DNA of 64,000 nucleotides from an uncultured delta proteobacterium (GTDB lineage: Bacteria; Desulfobacterota; RBG-13-43-22), in assembly GCA_963743305.1 (NCBI GenBank), contig CAVUPH010000030.1:32001-96000 (forward strand). The letters run 5' to 3'. Below, one piece after another: positions 16,581 to 25,835 of the stretch. The notes under the pieces are model-generated. The model did not search any database, was not told the DNA's origin, and worked only from the letters and a program-made list of their open reading frames with translations. The translations under genes and the position numbers were made by a program. Numbering within the stretch: position 1 is the stretch's first letter; the number at the start of each line of letters is the position of its first letter.

Positions 16581-19500
16581 TCAGATTGGCCAAGAGGAAC
16601 GAACCGTCGTTCCCTGCCCCGGAGCCGACTCCACTTCAAAGCGACCGCCGGAAAGTTCCGTTCGGGCTTTTAGGCTTAAAAGCCCCAATCCTCCCCAGGG
16701 AGATTTCTTGGCGATCGTCTCCTCCAGGTCAAAGCCCTGCCCGTTGTCCGTCACGGTGAACTCCATCCGGTTGTCTTTCTTCAGAAGGCGAAGGAAGACC
16801 CGGTTCGCCTGGCTGTGTTGGGCGACGTTATTCAGTGTTTCCAGCAGGATTCTATAGATGACGATCTTGGCCGATGAGATGATCTCATGTTCAGCCAAGC
16901 CGTCCTGCCTCTCAGTGGTCAGGCCAGGATGGTTCTTTTCAAATTCTCGACAATACCAATCTATGGTGGCCAGGATGCCGATATCGTCGAGGACATAGGG
17001 CCACAGATCTCCCTGCATGGAACGGATTTTTCCCACCGCCTCGAGGAGGGCCGCCATGATGTTCTTCGATGTATCCTGTAAAACGGCCCGGTCCATCCGG
17101 TCCTGGTCCGCAAAGAGGCGTTCAACATCAAACCGGATGGCCACCAGCGTTTGCCAGACGTTATCATGGAGCTCATAAGAAACCCGCTTTCTTTCATTCT
17201 CCTGGGCGAAAACAAGCTGGGAAGATAGATCGGCCAGTTCCGCGGTCCGTTCCTTCACCCGATCTTCCAGCGTCTCGGTCAAATGTTGGAGTTCCGACGA
17301 TCGCTTTTGCAGTGCCTCTTCCGTTCGCTTGCGATCGGTAATGTCCTGTGACAGCACGGCGATATCCTGGCCCATAGAGACCACCGCGACCCGGAACCAA
17401 CGTTGCGGCAGAACGCCATCGGCTTCGTAGAGCATCTCCTGGACGCGGGTTTTCCCAGTCTCGGCCACCTGCTGATAGGTTTCTACGAACGCCGATCCAC
17501 GGTGGCCGGGAAACAGTTCCAGCAGGCTCCTTCCCGCCAGCGCGGACAGTTTCATGCCGACGATGTGTTCCATCGCGGCATTCGCATAGACCCAGGTGAA
17601 GTCCACGACGCGCCTCCGGGTATCGCGCACCGGCCGCAAGATGGAGAACCCGTCTGGCATAAGCTCCTGCGCGACGCGGAAGCGTTCTTCGCTCGCACGC
17701 AGCGCTATCTCGGCTTTGCGCTGCTCAGTAATCTCACGAATGGTGATGAAGCCGAGGACCATCTTGCCAGCGGCGTCGAAGATCGGGCAGCCGTTGTAGC
17801 TGGCATCGAACTCCAGGCCCGTGTCCTGGCGGTGCGCGTGAAACACCTGATTTTGGAAACGCTCGCCGCGCACGACGCGGGAAATCGGCCAATGGTCGAA
17901 GGAAAGAGGGCAGCCCTGGTCGTCCCAGCCCTGCCACGTGGCGGGCAGTTTTTCGAGAGCGATGCGCCCATCCTCTTGAACGGAATAGCCATGGAGGCGC
18001 AAGGACGCGGGGTTCTGGTAAATCATTCCCTGTGCATCAAAAAGCATCAACCCCTCGGACATATTTTCCGCGACCGAGCGGAATCGCTCCTCGCTCTCGC
18101 GCTGCGCCGCCTCGGCCTCTCGCAGTTTTGTTGAATCGAAGTAATAGCAGGTGACGCCGTATTGCCCTTCCGCTAGCATCATGCGGTGCAGTTCCCATTC
18201 GTAGGCTTCCTCGATTTCCACATCCTGGCGCGGGTTGATGAAATTCCGCGAGTAGTATGGCTCGCCGGTGTCGAGGGTGTGGCGGAAGTGGGCGATAATT
18301 TCCGCGGCGACGGGTTCGGGCCAGAGGATGCGCATGACCTCGTTAAAATCGCGTCCGATCACGGGCCGCACGTTCTGGAACGCGCCGGTTTGCGAACCGA
18401 TGTTCATCTGAGCGATCCGGAATTGTGAATCAACGACGTAGATGCCGAAGGGAGCCCGCTCGACCAATTCGGAAAACGTCTTCTGGCTCCGGCTGAACGC
18501 CGCCTCGGCGTGCTTGCGCTCAGTGATGTCGTGGAAGACGAGCACCACACCCGAGAGTCTGCCGTCCTCATCTCGTATCGGCGCCCCGCTATCATCGATC
18601 GGAATCTCTTTCCCGCTCTTTCCTACGAGAACCGTGTGATTCGCAAGACCTACAACAACACCTTCCTTGAGCACTTTGGCAACGGGGTCTTCAACTCGAT
18701 TACGGGTGTGCTCATTGATGATGTGAAATACATCGGCCACCGGCATCGCCGAGGCCTCGGAGATTGCCCAGCCCGTCAACTCTTCAGCGATCTTGTTCAT
18801 GAAAGTGATTTTACCCGAAAGATCGGTGGCAATAACCGCATCACCGACACTCGCCAGAATAGTACGATACTTCTCCTCACTTTCGCGAAGAGACATTTCA
18901 CGTTCCCGCACCTTCTCGGCCATCGATTCAAAAACATCCGCCAAGTCCTGGAATTCCGAAATCTTGTGGATGAGAAGGCTGCCTATTTTCCTCTCCGCGC
19001 CCGAGGGCCAGGGCGAAATTCCGCAGAGCCGCAATTGGGCTGGAGATTGTCCGGGAAAGGATCAGGGCAACTAAGAAGCCGAGTATTGAAACGGATAGAA
19101 AAAGAATCCCACTTTTTGAAATGTCCGATAGAATTGGGTTCACGACCTCTTCTTCTCTGGTCCCCGCAGTGGCGGCCCAGCCGATGGAGGTAACAGGGGT
19201 GAAACCGACCAACCGTTTCTTCCCTTCGAAAGGGGCATAAACTGTTGCGGCAACCTCTTTCCCTTTAAATACATCTTCAAGCTCGAGGATACTGCTTAAG
19301 CCAATTGCGTTCCTCCCACGTTGCTTCAATAGTGGGATAACGATAAACCAGGATGCCTTTCCGATCGACCAGGGCAAGGCCCCCTCCCGTGAATCGTTTG
19401 ACCCCTAACTCCTCATCAAGGAGCTCAGGTAAGATGCCTGCTATAATAATGCCAAGCAGCACGCCCTTTTCATTTCGAATCCCCCGGCTAATGGTAAAGC

Positions 19501-19972
19501 TCGGTTTTCCCGTTGTTCTGGACAGGAGCAAGTCGCTTATCACATAATCCTGTCCGGCAACAATTTGCTTGAAATAGTCACGGTCGTCTAACCGCATTCC
19601 AATAAACTGAGACCCGGTGGCTGAAAGGACGACCCCCGAAGGGTTCAACCAAAAAAACTGCCATATCCCTGGGTTGTCTGCCTGGCTTCTTAAAAGGATC
19701 CGGTCTCGATGCTCGGAGGATAATCCTGGGGACGAAGTCAACGCAAGTCCAATGGCTAATTCCTGGTGGAGAACATCTTTGACAAATCTTTCAAATGTCT
19801 TCCCGACTGCACGGGCGATTTCCAAATTGGCCTGAAGTCCCGAAGCCCGCCGCGCCTGAAAAGACTGATAGTAAAAATAAGCCTGAATACCCAAGACAGG
19901 GATGAGAACCAAAAGGAGGAGCAGGATCAACCTCTTTCGAATACTTCGCCCTCCTCTTTTTTTTGCCGCCAT
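16581..19972 (-). pseudogene. Cache-HAMP-multi-PAS sensor histidine kinase (HisKA_3 type), split by two frameshifts (~19285, ~18985)
   Basis: ORFs 19277-20017, 18928-19377 and 16581-19034 join into TM-Cache-TM-HAMP-PASx4-ERKRVSYELHD-HATPase; the frameshifts may be sequencing errors. Confidence 0.8.
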
Positions 19973-20089
19973 GCTCGACCTCCTTGCTCCAGATCCTCCG
20001 CACGCCCCGAACGTCATTGAGGTGAGTTGAGGGCGGAATATTCAATTCACCTCAAACGGGGTTCGTTTCCTTTATCCCACAGCCGGTGT

Positions 20090-20705
20090 TCAAATGGGCC
20101 ATGATACCCTGATAGCCGTCCCTTTCCCCAGGGCGGATTCAAGGTTGAAAGCCCCCCCTGAAAGCTGGGCTCGTTCTCTCATGGTGGAAAGACCCATTCG
20201 GCTTTTCGCGGTATCCAGGTTGAACCCTTTACCGTTGTCCTGTATCGCTAAACGTATCTTGCCCTCCTCTTTTTGAAGAGAGAGATGCACGAGGGTTGCC
20301 TGGCTATATTTTGCGACATTGTTCATGGCTTCCTGACAGATGCGAAAGATCGGCGTTTTTAGAGAATCAGCCACGTCAGGTTCTACTATTCCAATCTGAC
20401 TCTCCACCGAAATATGAGAATAGGTCTTTTGGTATTCCCGGCAGAACCAGTTGATGGCGGGAATAATCCCCAGGTCATCGAGGATCGATGGCCGAAGATC
20501 GGCCATGATCCGCCTGACTTCATTAATAATCTCGGTGACCTTCGAGCCGAGATCCTGCAGAGATTCAGGGCTGCTATTCCACTGTTTCATATCTTCAGCG
20601 ATTTTGTCAATTCTGAATCTCATTGCACCAAGAGAGGCCACGATGCTGTCATGAAGCTCCCCGGCAACCCTTTTCCTCTCATCCTCCTGGGCCGAGAGGA
20701 GAGCA
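20090..20705 (-). pseudogene. C-terminal fragment of a HisKA_3 histidine kinase
   Basis: AQEDERKRVAGELHD, LRPSILDDLG, IQDNGKGF; N-terminus lost at the 30-bp motif. Confidence 0.8.
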
Positions 20706-20735
20706 GAAGAGGGGACGTTGGTTCTAAATTGCATT
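20706..20735. repeat. 30-bp motif, copy 2
   Basis: identical to 13982-14011. Confidence 0.85.
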
Positions 20736-20826
20736 ATATGGAGGCTTGATAGGGTACCTAGTCGTCCAGGGCTGGGGCAAAGTCGCTGAAATGACTCCAG
20801 GGGCAGAGCGCAGAAGGAAAGGAGAG

Positions 20827-21510
20827 ATGAAAACCGCTGCACCGATTTTGAGCAGGAAATCGGCTCTCCGGGCATGGCCCGGATAACCCGGGTAGACCAG
20901 GTGGAGCCCTATTACCGGCGGTTCATGGACCGGTTCCCCGATACTCGGACGCTGGCGCGGGCGCCGCTGGAGAAAGTGCTGAAGGCTTGGGAGGGGCTGG
21001 GATATTACAGCCGGGCCCTTCACCTGCACCAGAGCGCCCAAAAAATAGTCAACCAGCACGGCGGAATCTTCCCGGACCGCTATGCCGACTTGGTTGCGCT
21101 TCCCGGCATCGGACGCTCGACCGCCGGAGCCGTCTTAAGCCTGGCCTTTGACCGGCCCTATCCGGTGTTCGACGGCAATATCAAACGGGTCCTGATCCGT
21201 TTTTACCATATTCGTCGGCCGGTGGGCGAGGCGGCCACGTTAAACGAATTGTGGCGGAAAGCCGAAGAGTTGCTCCCTTCCCGGAAACCCGGCCGGTTCA
21301 ATGAAGCCCTGATGGAAAAAGGGCTTTTGGGCGGGTTATGGGAATTCCCCGGGGGCAAGCAAAATCCGGGGGAATCCTTATTCAAAAAATAGGGATTATG
21401 GATTATCGCTGGGTGACTTCGGCGGAGTTGGGCGAATACGCCTTTCCCCGAGCCGATCGGCGGGTGATCGCCTATCTGACGACGGGTGAAATGCCAGCCA
21501 AAGATATTTA
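20827..21510 (+). pseudogene. mutY: chimeric duplicate: GNAT 3' end fused to an internally deleted mutY copy
   Basis: 20827-20892 matches GNAT ~14650-14715, joined via ACCCGGG to mutY ~12525; two internal deletions; diverged mutY 3' end at 21380-21480. Confidence 0.85.
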
Positions 21511-21607
21511 ATTTTTCTTGAACCATCCAGGAAACCCTGTAGAATGACCTTCGCGGGAATTTGGGCGACTTCCCGACACCTCCCAGACCGAAGGAGCCTC
21601 CCCTCCC

Positions 21608-24124
21608 TTGAAAATGTCTCAGCGCCTGGTCCAATGGGCGGGTTTTTTTCTTATCCTGGCCATCGCCCTGTATGGTGTTGATCGGCTCCTGCTTTTTATC
21701 AGAACGCCGCAAACCGGCATTTATGGGGTCTTCCGTTCCGGAGGCTATACCGTCCAGACCCTTGCCGACGCCCAGACTTCCCCTCTTCTGGAGGCCGGGC
21801 AGCGTATCATCGCCGTTGGCGGAATCCCCGTCTCGGCCTGGTTTCAATCGCTGCTTCGTATACCCCCGGGGGAAGGGCCCTCCTGGTCTATAGACCGGCC
21901 GCCATCTATCCTGGTAGCGGATCAAAAGGGCCGGAGCCGGACCACCATCCTTTATTTGAAACCTTTCTCGGCGAAGGACCTCTGGGGCCCTTTCCGGATC
22001 TGGTTTCTGGCCTGGTTTATTTTTTTCAGCGGGACGTACCTCTTTTTTCGTTTCCCCGATCAACTCCGGGTCCGTCTCCTTTCCCTGCTGCTGCTGGTGT
22101 CGGCCTTAAGTGTTTTCAATCACTCCGGCCGTCACCTGGCCATTGAAATGAGTTCCCGTCTGCCGCTGCTGACAGCCATCCGGTTCGGGACCCTTTCGTT
22201 CATCTTCTCCTCTTGGTTGTACCTCATCATTATTTTTCTAAATATCCGGGAGCATCTCCGCATCCATTCCTGGGTTCCCTGGGCAGTCTTTTTATTACCC
22301 CCCGCTTCGGCTCTCGGTGCCGTCTTTTTATCCGGCGGGGATCCCCTCTTTGGCTTCGAGTGGTCTTTACGGTTACTCCATCTGAACGCCGGGCTCGTTG
22401 TCGCTTTAACCATCACCATCCTCCTCCATTCTTTTTACACCACCCGAGATGCCGTCCTGAAGGCCCAGCTCAAATGGCTCATCTGGGGACATCTGCTGGG
22501 CATGTCCCCCTATATTCTGCTATATTCCCTGCCGATCGCCCTGGTCGGCGTTCCCGTGATTAATTACGGTATCAGTCTGGCCCCGCTGCCCTTGATCGTT
22601 TTTTCCTATTTTTTCGCCTTTTACCGCTACCGGATAATGGATGTTGACCGGGTTTTGGAAGGAAGCCTGGTATACGGCATCTCCGCCGCCATCCTTTCGC
22701 TGGTCTATCTGGCCACCTTATGGCTGATCAAAGAAAAATTCCTGGGCAGCCTGGCACCGGGCTCCTGGTTTCGCTCGGACTTTTTGATCCTGATCGGGCT
22801 GGCCTTCGGGTTCAATCCCTTGAAAAACCAGGTCCAGCGGGGGATTGAAAAGGCGCTCTTTCCGGAACGCATCGCCCTGCCGGCGCTGTTGCTGGAGGAG
22901 AGCGACCAATTATCCCGATCCTTCGACTTGAATGATCTGGCCACGGTGTTGCTCAGCAGCCTGCCCCAGAAACTGGCGATCGATCAGGCCGCCCTGTATT
23001 TGCGGAAGCCCTTTTCGGAAGACTGGGAACTCCGGACAAACCCCGGACGATGGCTGGCGGAAGTTCCTCAGGTCATAACTACCCTGGAGAACATGAGCAG
23101 AGAAGAACCGCTGAAACCGTTTTGGGACATCATCGGCTCCCATAAAGATCCCTCGGGTACGGAGAAAGCATTCGAATTTTTGGAAAAAAGCGGAGTGGCC
23201 TCCATTTTCCCCCTGATGAGCGGCGACGAACCCTGGGGCTTTTACCTGCTCGGAGGAAAGCGGACCAACCGCCTGCTGAACTCCGAAGAGGTCCACGTAA
23301 TCCGCACCCTGGCCACCCAGGCTGCCCATCAGGTGGGCAACGCCCGGCTGCTGGAAGGATTCCGGCAGACCAACCTCTCCCTGAGCGAGTTGACCGGCCG
23401 GCTGATGCAGGCTGAAAAAATGGCCAGTCTCGGCGAAGGGTCCGCCGTACTGGCTCACGAACTCAAAAACCCGCTGGGGATCATTCGGGGTTCCGCCGAA
23501 ATACTCCTTAAAAATCAAGACCCGGCCGGAAATGCCGAAGTACTGCATTTCATCCTCGATGAAACCGACCGCCTGACGGCCCTGGTGGAGGAGTTCATGC
23601 AGTTCGCCCGCATAGCCCCGCCGCAGAAGACTTATACCGACTTGAACGAACTGGTCCAGTCCGTAGCCTTTCTCTGGGAATCCAGGCGGAAAAGCGCGGT
23701 CCCGCTGACTATCCATTTTCGACTGGACCTCCCGGCGGGGAAAGTCCTCCTCGATTCCCGGCAGGTCTATCAGATTCTGTTGAACCTCTTCTCCAACGCC
23801 GAAGAGGCCATGCCCCTGGGAGGCGAATTGCTTCTGGCCACCGGAACGGATGAGTCTTCCGGGATGGCTTGGGCCTCCATCCAGGACACCGGAAAGGGAA
23901 TCCCGGAAAAAGATCTTCCCCGGGTATTGGACCGCTTTTTTACTACCAAGGAGTCCGGACTTGGCTTGGGTCTTGCTATAGCGAAAAAAGTTATGGAGGC
24001 CCACGGGGGTTCTATCCGGATAGAATCCACTCCAGGCAAAGGAACCCGGGTCACCCTGTTTTTTTCCCGGCAGGAAGATGTTGGGCCTTCACCCCCATCT
24101 TCCGATTTGAAAGGAGTATTTTGA
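21608..24124 (+). CDS. multi-TM sensor histidine kinase (GAF-like + HisKA + HATPase)
   Basis: AEKMASLG, LAHELKNPL, QILLNLFSNA, DTGKG, FFTTK, GLGLAI. Confidence 0.9.
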   Translation: MKMSQRLVQWAGFFLILAIALYGVDRLLLFIRTPQTGIYGVFRSGGYTVQTLADAQTSPLLEAGQRIIAVGGIPVSAWFQSLLRIPPGEGPSWSIDRPPSILVADQKGRSRTTILYLKPFSAKDLWGPFRIWFLAWFIFFSGTYLFFRFPDQLRVRLLSLLLLVSALSVFNHSGRHLAIEMSSRLPLLTAIRFGTLSFIFSSWLYLIIIFLNIREHLRIHSWVPWAVFLLPPASALGAVFLSGGDPLFGFEWSLRLLHLNAGLVVALTITILLHSFYTTRDAVLKAQLKWLIWGHLLGMSPYILLYSLPIALVGVPVINYGISLAPLPLIVFSYFFAFYRYRIMDVDRVLEGSLVYGISAAILSLVYLATLWLIKEKFLGSLAPGSWFRSDFLILIGLAFGFNPLKNQVQRGIEKALFPERIALPALLLEESDQLSRSFDLNDLATVLLSSLPQKLAIDQAALYLRKPFSEDWELRTNPGRWLAEVPQVITTLENMSREEPLKPFWDIIGSHKDPSGTEKAFEFLEKSGVASIFPLMSGDEPWGFYLLGGKRTNRLLNSEEVHVIRTLATQAAHQVGNARLLEGFRQTNLSLSELTGRLMQAEKMASLGEGSAVLAHELKNPLGIIRGSAEILLKNQDPAGNAEVLHFILDETDRLTALVEEFMQFARIAPPQKTYTDLNELVQSVAFLWESRRKSAVPLTIHFRLDLPAGKVLLDSRQVYQILLNLFSNAEEAMPLGGELLLATGTDESSGMAWASIQDTGKGIPEKDLPRVLDRFFTTKESGLGLGLAIAKKVMEAHGGSIRIESTPGKGTRVTLFFSRQEDVGPSPPSSDLKGVF

Positions 24125-25485
24125 TGCCTCGCATCTTGGTGGTGGACGACGAAAATCGGTATTGCCGGATTTTAACTATGATGCTGCGGCCCGAACAGTA
24201 TGAAGTCGTGACGACGACCGAGGGAAAAGAAGCGGCCCGCCTGCTGGACGAACAGCCTTTCGACCTGATTCTTTCCGATTTGTTCATGGAGCCTTTCAGC
24301 GGTCTCGACCTCCTGCGACACCGCAATACCGTTTCTCCGGAGGTCCCTTTTATCGCCCTGACCGCCTTCGGTTCCATCCCCTCGGCCGTGGAGTTGATCA
24401 AGGGAGGGGCCTTTGACTACCTGGCCAAGCCCTTTCAGGAAGAAACCCTTTTGGCCGCCGTACGCAGCGCCCTGAAAGTCAAAGCCCTGGCCGAAGAAAA
24501 CCGCAACCTCCGGCAACTACTCCGGGAAAGCTTGGGCGATCCCCAATTTATTGGGGAATCCTCCGTCATTCAAACGCTATTGGAGCGGGTGAAGACCGTG
24601 GCCCGGACCGATTACACCGTCTTGCTCCTGGGGGAAACCGGCACCGGCAAGGACCTGATCGCCCAAATCATCCACCGGTTGGGGCCTTCCAAGGACGGCC
24701 CTTTCGTCAAGATCAACTGCGCCGCCATCCCCTCCGCGCTCCTGGAAAGCGAGCTCTTCGGGCATGAGAAGGGCGCCTTCACCGGGGCCGTTGCCCGGGC
24801 CAAGGGAAAATTCCAGTTGGCCCAAGGCGGAACCCTATTTCTGGATGAGATCAGTGAGTTGGATCTCCCTCTGCAGGCCAAGACCCTGCAGGCCATCGAG
24901 GATAAGCGCTTCTATCCTGTCGGGTCCACTAAACTGGCCGATGTCAACTGCCGGATCGTGGCCTCCAGCAACCGCTCCCTCAAAGAACTGTCCGAGCAGG
25001 GAAAATTCCGGCCGGACCTGCTGCACCGGCTCATGGCTTTTCCCCTTCATCTTCCTCCGCTGCGCGAGCGGAAAGAAGATATCCTGCCCCTGGCCGAACA
25101 CTATCTGCAGGTATTCGGAAAGGAGCTGGGCCTGGCCGGTTTGCGCCTTGGTGAACGGGCCTTGACGCTGTTGACGGCCTATCCCTGGCCGGGGAACGTG
25201 CGGGAACTGATGAACGTCCTCCGGTCGGCGGCCCTTTTGAACCGGGGGGAAACCATCGGCTTGGAGGCCCTGGCCGCCTACCCCGGGATCTGGGAAGAAA
25301 CCGAGGTGGAGGATATCCCCGCCAAATCCGAATCAATCGGCTCTCTCCCCACCTTGGCCGAAGCCGAGCGGGACCTGATTCGCCGGACCCTGGAGCACTG
25401 TAAAGGCAATAAAAGCCAGGCCGCCCGCACCCTGGACATCAGCCGCAGCCACTTGCGGTATCGGATGATGCTCCATGACCTGTGA
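24124..25485 (+). CDS. sigma54-dependent response regulator (NtrC/AtoC family)
   Basis: receiver ILVVDD, GETGTGKD, ESELFGHEKGAFTGA, WPGNVREL, Fis HTH; ATG overlaps the kinase stop. Confidence 0.95.
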   Translation: MPRILVVDDENRYCRILTMMLRPEQYEVVTTTEGKEAARLLDEQPFDLILSDLFMEPFSGLDLLRHRNTVSPEVPFIALTAFGSIPSAVELIKGGAFDYLAKPFQEETLLAAVRSALKVKALAEENRNLRQLLRESLGDPQFIGESSVIQTLLERVKTVARTDYTVLLLGETGTGKDLIAQIIHRLGPSKDGPFVKINCAAIPSALLESELFGHEKGAFTGAVARAKGKFQLAQGGTLFLDEISELDLPLQAKTLQAIEDKRFYPVGSTKLADVNCRIVASSNRSLKELSEQGKFRPDLLHRLMAFPLHLPPLRERKEDILPLAEHYLQVFGKELGLAGLRLGERALTLLTAYPWPGNVRELMNVLRSAALLNRGETIGLEALAAYPGIWEETEVEDIPAKSESIGSLPTLAEAERDLIRRTLEHCKGNKSQAARTLDISRSHLRYRMMLHDL

Positions 25486-25496
25486 TACCCTGTGGC

Positions 25497-25541
25497 GGTT
25501 GATATCAACCAGCATCTATTTTTTATTGGTTTATTTCAACC
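25497..25541. promoter_or_regulatory. tandem palindromic enhancer-like site
   Basis: GGTTGATATCAACC (25497) and GGTTTATTTCAACC (25528), 31 bp apart. Confidence 0.6.
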
Positions 25542-25628
25542 GCCCACCATCTGTTTATCACCATCTTAAATTGTAATCGATCAGCCTTCTCCTGGGTAAT
25601 CTTTTAATTCTCCCCTTTTAGTGACCAT

Positions 25629-25782
25629 AATAAACTCGCAATAAGTCCCCGGGACAGCCATTGCGAGGAGTGAAGCGACGAAGCAATCCCCAATAATCAT
25701 CTACTTACCGAGGTGGGGATTGTTTCCCCCGGATCAAGTCTCGAGGTGCCATGACGGGTTTTCGACTTTTTGCGAAACCATC
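25629..25782. mobile_element. MITE family B carrying a REP
   Basis: ends ACTCGCAATAAGTCC / GACTTTTTGCGAAACCATC; core CATTGCGAGGAGTGAAGCGACGAAGCAATCCCC shared with 55291-55432. Confidence 0.7.
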
Positions 25783-25819
25783 GAATAATCATTCCTGAAT
25801 TCTAAATCTCTTGCCGACC

Positions 25820-25835
25820 GGGTATGAGATTTGCT
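25820..25835 (+). promoter_or_regulatory. possible sigma54 promoter for the RCC1 gene
   Basis: GGGTATGAGATTTGCT (GG-N10-GC); would imply a start at 25848 or 25869. Confidence 0.35.

Noticed and set aside
22910-24004. Long antisense ORFs (e.g. 22910-24004, 53692-54756, 60899-62104, 48498-49325)
   Set aside because: Shadow frames of GC-rich genes on the opposite strand, with no motifs or RBS.
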